This document shows positions 10,212 through 23,658 of a stretch of DNA of 64,000 nucleotides, piece by piece. The stretch lies in contig JBEWZL010000002.1 in NCBI GenBank assembly GCA_045837725.1, positions 1 to 64,000 of the forward strand, written 5' to 3'. This DNA is from Vermamoeba vermiformis. Its lineage: Eukaryota. The notes beneath the pieces were generated by a model that saw nothing but the letters and a program-made list of their open reading frames with translations, did not search any database and was not told where the DNA came from. Position 1 is the stretch's first letter. Every line of letters starts with the position of its first letter. The translations under genes were made by a program, and so were the position numbers.

Positions 10212-12825
10212 ATGGGCAATCAAGTTGGGTCGAGCAAAGAGTTGGATGAGCGCCGAAAGCAAATCGAGACCTACTGGAAGGATTCGAAAAAGGGAAAGAC
10301 TTTGCGCGTTTCTCAAGGTAAAATTAATTGCATAATATTTATTTTTACAATTGCGAGTACTTTACTCGAATACTGAAAGACAATTCGTTAACTATCCCCC
10401 AATTGGAAATTCCAAAATTATTTAAATTTTCAATATTTTAAGCTTATTTACGCTTGACAAATTGCCATATAATGTAACCACACGGTCACAATAGAACTAA
10501 CCGATTATTTTATTTAAATCCAGACAACCGGATCATTAAACGTTTCTTCAGTTCGTACGACAAAGGAAATAAGGGTCATTTAGATAAAAATGAAGCTATT
10601 GAATATATTCAGGATTTATTAAAAATCTCCGGTTACGACAAAGAAATATCAAACCAAGCCAAAAAAACTCAAACAGATCCGAAAGGCTACTACGACGATT
10701 ACGGTAAATACTCTTCAAAATTATAATTTAAATTTAAGCTAATGTTTATTAATCAGTATTATCCATTTTCCACGAGATGGATCCAAAAATGTCTGGCACG
10801 ATCACTTTTGAACAGTTAATCAAGCCCAAATTCCAACAGTGGAACGACTTTTTGCAAACAATCAGCTCTAAAGGTGCTAGAGAACGCGAATTCACTCGCA
10901 GATTGCGTGAAAAAGGCAAGCCTCAATTTAAATTTGTTAAAAACAAACCGAAATTCTAACAAATTGACCACAGAAGAAGCTTCGAAATCACCAAAGCCCG
11001 CCAGAAAAGCCGGTGATGATGATGACGATATCGTCGAGGAGCCTGAAGTGTACGAAGAGGATTACGAGGAAGAAGAACAAATGAGCGCCAAGAAATTACG
11101 TGAGAAATTAGAGAAAGACGCGTTGTCTGCCAGGTATGCAGTGGCATTAGTACTATTATATTAGCGCTACCCTTACGATAACTCTTCTATAGTGGCATTC
11201 ATGACTTGCGTGACCAACAAATCAGTGAAGTAGCCGAAATTCTAGAAGTCGAGTTGCACGTGGCACAAGCACTGCTTGCACACTTCAAGTGGGACAAAGA
11301 CAAATTACTTTCAGATTACTGCAATGACCCTGCCAAAGTATTCGAGTCAATTAAAATGGCGCTGCCTTCAGAGCCTGCTTCGGCAAAGAAGTACGATAAG
11401 GACTTCTCATAGATATAATGGCAATTTCTAACGCACATTTAGGCGCGATACTCTCATGATTGAAAAGCCCGAGTCGATTGAGTGCTCGATTTGTTTCGAC
11501 GATGTTGACGCACCCGACTTCACTGGCTTGGACGAGTGCCAACACTACTTCTGCAACGGTTGCTGGAAGATGAATTTGGAAGACGTACAAATCAAAGAAG
11601 GCCGCACTATTGATATTACGTGCATGCACCAAGGCTGCAACAACTTAGTACCTGCGAGAATCGTGAAGTGAGTCACTCTAAATCCCCTTTAAACCGACCT
11701 TAAACTGACCTCTCGAAACTAGACAACTCGTCAGCAATGACGCGTACGCCAAGTACGCACGATTTTCAGCCAAGACATTTGTTGACAGTCACGCTGATTT
11801 GAAGTGGTGCCCTGCTCCGGGTTGCGAACGCGCTGTAAATAATTTCCGTCGTGAAGGCAAGATTCTAGTGGGCACTTGCGCGTGTGGTTTGAAGTTCTGT
11901 TTGCACTGCATGGAAGAGGCTCACCCTACTATCTCGTGCAAAGTCCTCAAAGATTGGAACATGTACTTGAGCGGCAACCTTGACGGTGCTGCATTGCCTC
12001 AAACCAAAGCAGCTGCAGATATTATGACGCTGCAATGGATCGCTGAGAACACAAAGGACTGTCCCAAGTGCGGTACAACGGTCGAGAAGAACCAAGGCTG
12101 TTTCCAAATGACGTGCCGCACATGTCACTCACAATGGTGCTGGCGCTGTCTCGAAGATTGGGCCACGCACAGCGATCACTTCCGCTGCACAAAGTACGAC
12201 GAGACCGAAGTTAAGGTAAGACCTGCGCCCTCATCATGCTCCGGATATAGGGCATTTACTCGCGTTCAATAGGACAAACCAGCCTTCTCTGATGAAGAAC
12301 TCGAGAAGAGAAAGGCCAAATTCAAAGTGGCGCACTTCTTCAATCAATTCAAAGATCACGATCAAAGCTTGAAGCTCGAGAAACAAAACCGCGAGAAGGT
12401 TGAAGCGCTGATCAAGAAATTGAAGGCGGACATGGAGTCAATCAACGGCGAATACCTTGAAGAGGCTGTAGTACAATTGCAAGAGGTATTCAAAGAAATG
12501 CATCGCTATGATCTTATCATATCGCTAATGTTATTTATACAGTGCCGCTTAGGACTGAAATATTCGTACGTGTATTTGTTCTTCCAAGACGACGATTTGT
12601 TGAAGGCACGATACGAGATGTTGCAAGTACGTACAATTGGATCGTTACTATCAAATAATTTATTAACGTATTGTTGCCTAGGAAAACTTAGAAATGATAA
12701 CAGAAAAGCTGACGCAAAGCATCGACAAGCAGCACGATCAGATTTCGGGTCCTGAAATTAGAAAACTCACCGCTGTCGCAAACACTGCGCTTAAGAATTT
12801 GCTAACATTCGAAGAAGTGTATTAG
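10212..12825 (+). CDS. Ariadne-type RBR (RING1-IBR-RING2) E3 ubiquitin ligase with N-terminal EF-hand region
   Basis: MGNQVGSSK start; EF-hand-like loops YDKGNKGHLDKNE and MDPKMSGTITFEQ; acidic stretch; UBA-like ALLAHFKWDKDKLL; RING1 CSICF...CQHYFCNGC; IBR WCPAPGC...CACGLKFCLHC; RING2 CPKCGTTVEKNQGCFQMTC; Ariadne C-terminal helices; stop at 12825. Confidence 0.9.
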
Positions 12826-13088
12826 TAGTTGTATTTTCTTCGTAAAAGTGTATTGTTATTTTTAGATCGGTTTTTGAACCAAGAATTCTAGTCTTGGGAA
12901 CCTTCTCCAAACCACGAAAATACGCACGTTGCTTTGAGTTCACAAATCGTTTACAACAAAGACAACAGATTTTTTTGTCCAGTTCATTATTGCAACACGA
13001 ACCTTTCGAGAACATCCGATCGTCTTAAGTTTACGCTTGGCTCTGTGATTAACTCCGTACATTCTTCCACCATTGACTCACAATCCCA

Positions 13089-15988
13089 ATGGCGGAGGTT
13101 GATCAGCAAGGCAACGAAGAGGAGGTCTGTTCTATTTGTTTGGAACCTTTAACGAACGACCAAGTGGTCTTACCATGCAACCACGGCTTTCATACGAAGT
13201 GTATAAATGATTGGACAAACTCTCGACGTAAGCAGATTATTATTTGATTTTTTTCTGAATTTATTATCTATTTTTGAAATTAAATTCAATTTTCAGAGAA
13301 CCAACAGCAGCAAAACGGCGTCGACGTTGCACCATGCCCCATGTGCCGAAAGCAAGTTGATAAAGAAGTTATCCAAGAATTAGCTCGTCCTATGGACTGG
13401 GTCGATATAGTCTTGACTCCTTTCATAGTCGTTATTTGGGGAGGTCAATTGCTAATTAAAGCTCCAAAGCGCATTTACAACCTATTGATTGCCATTGCAA
13501 AGAAATCTGCATCGGTATGTAAACGATTAAATCTAGAGTTCCTTCGTCCTAATTCTTGGTCAGGTACTTAAATCTGCCTTTCATAAGCTCGCCTCCGCGC
13601 TACAATTTTGTGGCACTTGGATTAAAAACAGAAGTGGCAAGACTCTGCGAGCCATCGGCAGAGCGATTCAATTCGTCGTACGGAAGTTACAGAGCGTGTT
13701 GACTCACGTTGGTAGAATCATCGTACGCGTTGCCAAATTCGGCTACAACACGACACAGAAAGTATACAACGCTATCAAACCTCACATCGCAAAGGTTGTG
13801 AATGCTATTGGAACAGTACTACGACGTGTTTGGAATGCAACGAAGAAAGTCGTTCAATTCGTCGATCACTACGTCACTTTGGTCCTCACAAAAATAGTTC
13901 TGGCACTCGTGGAAGTCCTCAAATTTACCACGAAGATAATTAAGACGGTGGCGCTATTCGTCGACAAAGTAGTCACGTGGGTTTTAACGAAGACGGTGCA
14001 GATCCTGTACAAGACTGTCAAATGGGTCGTCACACTCCTCGCTAAAACAGTGAAGACGATTGCAGGCAAATTGTGGCAATTAATCTCGTTCATTGCTGAC
14101 CAATCATGGGAGGCAACGAAGATCATCTTTAGAGTGCTGAAGAAAATACTGACAGTCGCGTGGAACATCACCGTGAAGACCGTCACTTTCTTGAAAGATT
14201 TGCTCGTTGAAATGGCCAACACACTCGTTGAATTCTTACTTCGAGTACGCATCTTGTTGATCAAAGTAGGACGAGTCCTGGGAAAGATTTTGACATTCTG
14301 CGGACGACTCGCGAAGCAGTGGCTCTGGAGACCTTTCGTCGCAGTCGTAAAATTCATCGACAGAATTCTAACTGCAGTTCTTGAATGGACTGTGCAAACA
14401 CTTTGGAAGGCACTCAACGTTCTGGTCGAAAAACTCTTCGATCTCACCTTGAAAGCGCTGCGCTACACCGCAATAGCACTGAAACACCTCTACAAAGCCA
14501 GCATGTTTGTCGCTGAATACGCTGCACGACTGTTAGTCAAAGTCGCCGAGTTTGTTAAGAAGACTCTACTGATGCTAGGCGACAAGATGTTTGACTTGGC
14601 ACTACAACTCATCGCTTACACCGCACGCGCACTTCGATTCACTGCTTTTCACATCATCAAACCGACAGCTATTTGGCTATGGAACGCAATCAAAGTCGTT
14701 TCGAAGCTCGTTTGGCGATTCGCAAGCAGCGTTTGGGAGTTGCTCAAATCGGTTGTGTTGACCATCTATCACGTCACTTCGCTCATTGGAGGCCGTCGTG
14801 GGACGATTTATTGGAGCAGTAGCACGTATTGTGGCCAATCTTCTCGTCAAATTCCACGGCCTTATAGTCACTACCATTGGTGTCGTTGCCAAATTCTTGT
14901 TGGACGTCACCTTCCGACTGCTCTACTGCGTTGATTGGATCGTTACGAAGGCTGCCTGGATTATTTCCTACCCACTCAAGTGGTTGCTCACATTGGCCGC
15001 TACTCTCACCGACTATGGACTGCAAGGTGTTTGGCAGCTCCTTATGCTCACAGGCAAGGTTATCAACTATTTGATTCTCGTGCCGTTAGAGAAGTTGGTG
15101 TGGGCAATAGGCGAGTTATTAACTCTCAGTCTGAATTTACTGCGAGAGTGTATGATCGTTGGCGCAACGCTTCTCATCAACACTGTCGCATGGCTTCGCG
15201 AGAATTTCATTAACACTCTTGATTTGGCACTTACATTTGTCTGGGCAAGCATCAAATGGATTGGTCGCACCAGTGTCAAAATGGCCCAACGATTCGTCCA
15301 AATCGTTAAAATCTCAGCAACTTTCCTACTCAAAGTGAAGCGAAAGATCGGTGCCTTCTTAACTGCCGTCAAAAATGCCGTAGTGCGAATGAAAAACAAG
15401 ATTGTCTCTGTCTCAGTGGCTGCGTGGCGTCGCGTCGTGGTGATGGTGAATTATTTGGGAAACAGATCGAAGGCTGCTTACAACAAATCGGGCATTCCAC
15501 GCTTACTTGCTGCCATCAAAACAGCTGCTGTCATCTTGGCAACAAGCAGCAAACAACGACTCGTTCTCATTAAGAATCGCATCGGCGCTATGATCACTCA
15601 AATGCGAGAAAACGGCAAAAAACGACGCGAACGAATGATGGCATTTGCCAAGGCCAGAATTCAGCAATTCTCGGCGGTATTTGCAGTGCTCAGTGGCCAG
15701 TTAAATCAACGAGCAAAAGCCATTGCAGCGCGAGTGGGCATCGCTATGGTGTTCATGAAACAACGCGGCATTGCAATGAAAAATAGAGCCATCATGGTCA
15801 AGAACGGCATGCAAGCTAAGATTGCTGCATTGACCTTGCGCATGCAACAGCGATTCATGCAAGTGAATCAGTTCATTGCTTTCATGCAAGCACGCATGGC
15901 TGCACTGCTCAAACAACGCGTTGGTGGCAATGTGAAGATTAACGACCCTCCTGTGAATAATAACGCCTTAGTGCAACCTGTACAGTAA
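13089..15988 (+). CDS. RING-H2 finger protein with an ~800-aa amphipathic helical region; apparent frameshift near 14786
   Basis: CSICLE...LPCNHGFHTKCI..W...CPMCR in exons 1-2. ORFs 13696..14934 and 14786..15988 have the same V/L/K/W-rich amphipathic composition but lie in different frames. Confidence 0.8.
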
Positions 15989-16081
15989 TATAATAAGACT
16001 AACTCGAATAAACGTTCGGTTTTTACATTAAATATTCGGTCTATAAACAAGTTGCGTGGCACTTTCAAAAAAGATTTGTGA

Positions 16082-17715
16082 CTACACTTCAGCGTACAAA
16101 TCTGAAATGCCTTCAGTCTGAATCATCGACCAGTAATACTCAATGTTGTCCGCGTTAACATTCTCCAGTGTTTTCATCAACTCCGCCATGTCCACTTTGC
16201 CCGGTGTTGTGACGGGAATAGCGCCGTTAGCGAGCTTACTGGGCGTGCGCATGACAGCAGGTGCAGCTGCGACATCAGTGACAGCACTCGGCTCAGCGGC
16301 AATTTGACTTTGTTCGGCTGCAGCGTCGTCTTGAGACACCGCACTGACGAGGTAAATATCGATTGCGCCGCTGTCTGCTTTGAGGAAGATTTGGAAACGA
16401 CGACGACCATCAGCCATTTTCTGCGAGTAATATTAGTACGATGCGTTATTAATAATATTTACGATCTTGTGGCTCTTTTACCTCGTCTGGATCTGGCACT
16501 TCAAGACGAGTACCAGGAGGGGCTTTAATGCCAATAATAGTCTGATCATCCATCTCTGGCAGTGTCCTAATATCACCATATGTAACATAATTGAATGTAA
16601 TCGTTAGTTAAGGAGAATAAGCACCGCACTGGGAGTTAGATCGAGGTCGTTACAAATCGGTTCAAAAGGATATTTGTTCGTCTCGGAGCTTTCGAGCATA
16701 TTTTTGAGCTCTTGTTGTTTGTTCAATATCAGTTGATCCATCAGCTGCTCATCTTCAGCGAGGAGTCGTACTTGAAGGCGCATATCGTTCAGTGCTTCTT
16801 TATCTTCGTCAATTTCAGGCACTTCATCGCTAATTGGGCCTCCTCTATAATACATAACATTAATACCTTATAATTACAGTATAATCAAGTCATTGTACGT
16901 ACTTCCATTGCATTAAATTTTTTGATTTCTTATCCACGAGATCTATTCCTTCTAATACGTTTGTGATATCATAAATACGTCGTTTTTGTACCTGTGAGTC
17001 ATATATAAGCCAATATATTATTGAAATTAACCGCCGAAAACTTACTTTTAATTGAGCGGCTGCAGTATTTAAATCAATAGTCTTGTCTTGAGCCTCCTCA
17101 GCCAACGCAATAAATTTTCGTGTTAATAAGCCCAAACTGTTGTCTTTTCTCTTGCCTTCGTCTATCAATGCGATTAATTAATTGAAATAAAATTAAAATA
17201 TTTTAGATCATACTCGGATCTCGCTCTTTTTTGGCTTTTTTAGGTTGTGGTGCGTCTTCAGGCTCTGCTATTGATGATCTTCGACGCTGCAATACAATAG
17301 TGGGTTAATTTGAATTGATCTAAGCTAAATTTAGTTTGCGCGCCAATTTTGATTTAAATTTTAGAGTATTAGAGCGCTATAATATCAAAATATGTACCTT
17401 GCTGCTACGCCTATTGGAGTCCTCTAATTCCATTTTGTCCGAGGAACTTGTAAGTTGTGTCGGGGTGAGCGGATTTGGTCCACTCGGACATTCACCAGTT
17501 AAATTCTGTTCAGCTGATGCTGGCTCAGCGGCTATGCGTTGCATTTGATTTTTATTAGGCGTATTATTATTTCTGCTATTATTCTGGTCTGATTTGGGCA
17601 ATGAGCGCAGTAATTCAGCTACCGCGGTATCTGGTTCAGTTTTAATGTACGCAGCTGCATGAGACGACTCTAGGCCTAGTGTATTAGTAGCAGCAAATAC
17701 TGTTGAATGCTCCAT
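16082..17715 (-). CDS. E2F: E2F transcription factor
   Basis: [13 protein letters not shown] and [25 protein letters not shown] (E2F DNA-binding domain); coiled coil; marked box ([24 protein letters not shown]); C-terminal EGISDLY resembling the RB-binding motif. Confidence 0.95.
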
Positions 17716-17891
17716 ATTTTTTTGGTTGATTTTTTCGCTCAATCTGAAATTCTATTGAGTTCTTGATCAAGACTTTGTGTTACGCCTTGATTAAATATCT
17801 AACGAAATAAATAAATATGAGGACCTTAGAGTCAACAAAATACTATTGGTGACTCGCGTTGGCCTCTCGAACTTTCAAACACAAGAATAAT

Positions 17892-17908
17892 TTCAAAATG
17901 GCGCGCAA
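17892..17908 (-). promoter_or_regulatory. E2F/CDE-CHR-like composite site in the divergent E2F/ATG10 promoter
   Basis: The minus strand reads TTGCGCG-ccat-TTTGAA: a GC box, a 4-nt spacer and an exact CHR hexamer. A near-identical sequence occurs in E2F intron 1 (17335..17352). Confidence 0.4.
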
Positions 17909-17972
17909 CAAAAATTTCAGCGCCCAAATCAAATCTCAGTTTAGATTCGCTTATTTTAGATTATATAGCACC

Positions 17973-18790
17973 ATGCTAGACTGGAGTACATTTGAATCAG
18001 AATGCCTTGACCTTCAACGCCGTTCTCAAGCGCTGAATCCGAACGATGCCTGGATTTGGAAAACTTTATCGGATCCAGTACGATCAACGAAATAAAATTA
18101 ACCACTATAATATTAACGATATATATTTAGGCTATAAAAGAATCATCGTACTTACAGTGCGCAAATAAAGTCAGGTTGTCAAATAAAAAATTAGATCAAG
18201 TTACTGACATTCAAGAAGATGACATAGAGGTACCGATATTAAAAAATGAATAACGTGATTTATTTTAATATTATTACAATTAGGAAATTGAAGATCCAGC
18301 TTCTGTAGCACGCTCACCAATTTCAGACGCAAATCCAATAATCTTCGACTACCACATCGTTTATAGCACTACATATCGTGTTCCTGTAATATATTTTAAC
18401 GCTTATAGAACAGGTAATGATTAAATTTAATTTTCAAGCTAATACAGGTCTAATTTCAATTTCAGATGGATCGCTTCTAACCCTCGACGAGATCTGGGAC
18501 GAGTTAAGGCCGTCATACATGACTGACGAGAATAAATGGAGCCTTATAACACAAGGAGTAAGATCTCTAACGATTACTCAATCAGTTCTAATCCAGATCT
18601 TCAGGAACATCCGCTTCTCGGCGTGCCTTTCTTTTTTATTCACCCGTGCCAGACTCAACTGCTCATGCAACAAGTCAAAGATATGAATAGCGAAGATAAC
18701 AATAAGTCACGCTATTTACTGCCGTGGCTCAGTGTTTTTGGTCCGATCGCTGGATTGAAATTGCCAACGCAGCTCTTTATGTACAAATAA
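17973..18790 (+). CDS. ATG10: Autophagy E2-like enzyme ATG10
   Basis: FDYHIVYSTTYRVPVIYFN, ITQGEHPLLGVPFFFIHPCQT (catalytic HPC), YLLPWLSVFGP; four introns. Confidence 0.92.
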
Positions 18791-18842
18791 GGAAATAGAG
18801 CTCGATAGATATAGTACAACACTATATTAATAACAAGATCGA

Positions 18843-20648
18843 CTATTCTGGCTGCGTAAGAATCAAGCACGAGTTGGATCCTGCTGCGACTTGAAGCACT
18901 TTTCTGTTGAGCAACACGCCCTCAACACGTCCCGGCTCAGCCGTCACACCGACTCCTGCCGAGCTTGCCAAAATCAACAAAGCCCCACGTGTAGCACGCG
19001 CCATCATCTGGTGAAATTTCGTTAGCAAGATCCGATCCGACGAAGGTGCAAGAATTCACGTACCAGTAGCGACAATAGCGTGCGAGTAACCAGCACTCAT
19101 GGACACGATCTTCTTGCCGTCGAATGCGTGGTAAATGGCCGGAACAGTCGTGTCGGCATTTCGTTCGGCAATTCTTCCGCCCTTGTTCTTGCCCCACACG
19201 TAGAAGTGATTGGCTGCGGAATAAAACATTAGCAAAGATTGACATGCCATACCCAGTGTCACGACGTACCAGTAGTAGCCATGTTCCAGTGTTTCTTGCT
19301 GCAGATGTCAAGCACGGGCTCATTGAACGACACTTTGACAGGCTGCGAGTAGTTCTTGGTCAGTTCTAACTCTTTGTTGCCGAGTTGACTGTAAGTGTTG
19401 CGGCCCCATGCGTACACTTCACCTTTGTCTAATCACAGTATCGTTAGGACATCACGTCAAGTGTCACACTTTCGTGCATTGGTACTACCTGACAAGGCCA
19501 GACAATGATTGTAACCGCACGCCACTTTGACAATCTTGACGTCATCGAGGCCCAGCAACTTCTTGGGCACGCGCGAGTTCAAGTACATTGTCGCACCAGC
19601 ACTGTTGACTGTCTCGCCCACACCGAGCTGACCGTAGTCGTTGCGACCAAAGGTGTACACTTCACCGTTCTCAGTCAACACTAAATATGGAGTATTAATG
19701 CAATTGCGAGACTAGCTCTATTTTAGCGCGTACCGATCGTATGAAATTCACCACCATGTGCCTCTTTGACACGCAGTCCTGCTGTCTTGAAGAACTCCAA
19801 CAGCGTGGGCGTGACGACATGTGACTCAGAGCCAAGGCCCTAGTAATAGTTTAATATGTATTGCTAAATATGGAAATATTGGTGCGTACCAGTGCTCCGT
19901 AATAGCCGATGCCAAACACGTACAGATCGCCTTGATCCGAAATAGCCAATGAATGCGAGTCACCGGAACTCACGCGCACTATTTTAACGTCTTTCAATTT
20001 TTCAACCAATCGTGGCACGTATTCGTCGCTGAACTCTTCGCCGTGACCTAATTGACCCGCGTGACATTTGCCTGAACAGATCCAACGGTTCAACAAATGT
20101 AAATTAATTGATATGATTGTAGTACTTACCCCAAGTATATAATTGACCATTTGAAATGGCTAAACAATGTGCGGCACCGAGGGCAATCGATGAAAATTTA
20201 GCGTCAACATAGCTGTGATTGATTCGGTAAATAAATCGATAGGTCTTTAAAGATGCCTTTGAATCAAAAATAATAATTTATTATTAATTACCTTAATACT
20301 TGCACAGGTTTGTTGTGCGTCTCTTTGTCTCCTTGACCCAATCGGCCGTATTCACCCTTTGAGTAAAAATTAGAATTTTCAAATAAATTGAAATAACATC
20401 ATCTGTTATTATTACTCACATAACCCCAAGCATACATGTTGACGACATGGCTCTAATATTTAATAATTAATTTTAGATAAATTTAAATTTCAACGGTTGA
20501 AACTCACGGCTGTAGATGGGTCCGGTTTAATTACTATAATAAAGATCATGATTATTAAAGTTGACTCGAGCTAAAGATATCAAGACTTACCAACAGGTTC
20601 CGGATTGGCACTTTTTGCTCGCTTCTTCAGTTCGTTCAAGAAAGACAT
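18843..20648 (-). CDS. RCC1-repeat (BLIP-II/RCC1 beta-propeller) protein
   Basis: Repeated VY(T/A)(W/F)G...GQLG.G and ACGYNH / SSGDSH / SAGYSH motifs over ~10 exons; ATG at 20648, stop at 18843. Confidence 0.9.
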
Positions 20649-20828
20649 TATGTGTGCTCTTAGGATTGTTTTTCAAAATGAAAATAACTTGAAATGTCGC
20701 GAGTCCGTACCCTTCACTTGTTCAAGGAGATTTTTATGCAGATAAAAGCCAAAAATAGTTATAAATTCTGCGAATTACATTGGCCTAGAATTCTAAGCTG
20801 TACAAAAGAGGGTTGGTTTTATTTACAT

Positions 20829-23554
20829 TTACTCGACTTGCGACAACGGAATGTTATTCTCTTCGAGGTACTGCCAATTAACTTCCATTTTTGGCTTTAA
20901 ATTATAGACCAGGACGCGAGCAGTATGAAACGCCATAATTAGCCTATAAAACAGACTACGCGTACCATCACTTTCTCGCTGTACGCACCTAATGACCGTC
21001 ATGCCTATTATAGGCGATAAAATGATTGGTCCTTCGGGGATCCGCGCCTCAGGAATAATTTCAAACGACATGTCGACCATGTTGCGGACCAAGCGGAATA
21101 ATAGCAATGAACAGCAGCCTTGCGACACTGCTAAACCTGCGGAGATCTCCGGCAAGTACTTGACTATCGATAAGCGCTCCATATGCTGCAAAATTGTCGT
21201 ACCTAAAAATGGTTACAGGTTAGGTAGGGCTATATACAAATAAGGCAATTAATAATACGTACCAGGAGTTGAAGGCAAACAATTGGCCAGTTCGGCAACT
21301 TTTTTGAATCCAGCTGCTTCGTAGACAAAAATAGAGCTGAAATCGGTGCACATTGCTAACTGATCGACCGGCGGAACAATTGTTGATTTGTCTTGAGCCA
21401 CGACAGCTGAATGACCAATCGACTGTGACGAATTGTTCAAAAGAATTGAGTTCTGACTGGCTCTCAAATTAGCACTCGAAGATGTCAATGGTGTTGACAC
21501 GCCACTCGAACTGACACGCAAGAGATTTTCCGCTTGACTCGAAGTTAATCCGCTGGCACTTCTCTTCGTCTTGTTGAAGAAATGAACTTGCGGCAAATTC
21601 TTCAATTCTTCTTGCGTCTCGGGCGTGTAGCTTGACTCGGGCTCGTGCAATCTCGGCCTCTTCGGAGATGGCTCCGAGATTTCTTCGTCTTCCTCGTCAC
21701 TCGCCTCTTCATCTTCTTCGAGCTCTTCATCGAGATTCTCGTCCATGAAATCAATAATGTCGTGCATTTGCGGTGCTGTCGCGTTGTTAATATTCCGCAG
21801 CGTGTTGAACAGTTCTACGGCTGACGGCGAAATAGGCCACACACCTCCATCGTCGCTATTGTTATTTTGAGGTGTGTCTATTGTTAATCGGTGAGGTCGT
21901 CATATTCTCATCATTGTCGTTCTCTTCGTGCTCGTCCATCGAATCGTCCTCCTCACCGCGCTCTTCCATGTATTCGTCGTCATCTTCCTCTTCCTGTTCA
22001 TGAAACAATTATCATTCACTGAATTAACATGACAGTTGACACTATGACAGGTGTCAAACACTGAACTTCTTTGGCATACCTCGGGTTCAATGCTGACCAT
22101 CGACACCGTGGCGTAACTCGTGCTTTCAGGCTCGTTTTTGCTCCGCTCGTCAGTTATTCCGCTGCTCCGCTTCTTCTTTTGTTTTCTCTTCGCGAGCAGT
22201 TGATCGATGTGCTCTAATGTCGTGTAGTGTGATATGTCGAGCTGGTTGTCGGGCTGCATTGTTTCGAGCAACCAAATCAGATTGTCTGGCTGCGGCAGTT
22301 CATTCCTGACTGTTTGTTTTGGTATCCACGAACAATACTATAATAAGGAAATATAAGCAGTCGGGAAATGAAATGACGGAATAATAATCAAAGAGTCGAG
22401 TTCTTCATACCCAGCCCCAAGAATTTCCAATGTCTTTTTTTCCGATTTCCGTCGCAGTTTTATCGCTGTGATTCAAGTGCCAAATGCGTGCCGTGGAATC
22501 GATGCTAATGGTCAGCAAATACTGGCCACACGGTGTAATGTCAATGCTCGGAATATTGTGTTGGTGACCCTACATAGTCGTATTAATCAACCAAATAGTA
22601 CTAGTAATAACAATACTATGTATTACTTACAGTCACGGTGATTTTGTCTTTGTACAAATTGACGCTGTCCAAGTTGAAAATATTGACCGTGTGTGCATTG
22701 GAACTGACGCAAATTAGCGGCTGATCGCGACATATACTGATGCCCCATGTTGCCTCATCGCCTCTATAATAATCATTGATAATTAGTAATAATATTCATC
22801 GCCAATTATATTCTCATTGGTAAGTTTGTTTTTTTCAAAAAAAATTTGCAAAGTTTTTCGAATGATTATGTTGGCTTATAAAACGATCAAATACGTACAA
22901 TATGAATATTCGCTTCCACTTCTCTTCATCAATGAGCTGGCTAGTGTCATTTTTGGCTTGTTCTTTGAGCTTCTGATTGTGAAGGACGGCGCGAACGTGA
23001 TCGACGTAAAATATGTTAATTCCATTGCCATCATCGACTGTCACTAATATTTCAATGCCGCAACAAACACCACATTTGATAAAATTGATGTCACGCTAAA
23101 AATAATCGAAAAATTAATTAAAAAATCCAAAAAATATTTGTTTGACTTACACCTGCATGTTCTAATTCTAGAATATGAAAGGGTTCTTTTTTACTGTTTG
23201 GAGTGCAAATATTGATCGCTTCGAAGCAGTAGATCTTGTCACCCTCCGCGATAAAAAGAAAATCTCCCTTCGGCGAGGATTCTAAGAGATTTAATTTCTG
23301 CAAATAATTTATTAATTATCATATCAAATATGTGGGTATTTGTGCATATTGAATGTCACGGTATATTTTTAAAAAATTAATAAATTAGGGATCGACATTC
23401 GACACAGTGTCTAATGCATTCTACGCACCCATAATGTAAGCCGTGTTTCAGGTAATGTCAAACTATTGTGCAATTCGATTTTGAGGGTGTTGCGATCCGT
23501 GTTTAAAGTGTTTGGCACCACTTCAGCCACTTTGGACTGAGGCAAATTACCCAT
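20829..23554 (-). CDS. CRT10-like WD40 protein with acidic insertions
   Basis: W|KLNLLESS...FLFIAEGDKIYCF, DEATWGISI...VSSNAHTVNIF, GHQHNIPSIDITPCGQYLLTISIDSTARIW, and C-terminal ERLSIVKYLPEISAGLAVSQ, resembling the CRT10 family; first exon MGNLPQSK at 23554. Confidence 0.7.
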
Positions 23555-23658
23555 GGATTAAATAAATATTAACAATCTCTAATGTTGCGCTCTCTTATTG
23601 TTATATATTCGGATCTGTTTTATAAAATGATTCGCGCTAATTTATTTCCAATTAATTT

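Noticed and set aside
13869-14447. 192-aa minus-strand ORF
   Set aside because: Antisense to the amphipathic-repeat coding exon.
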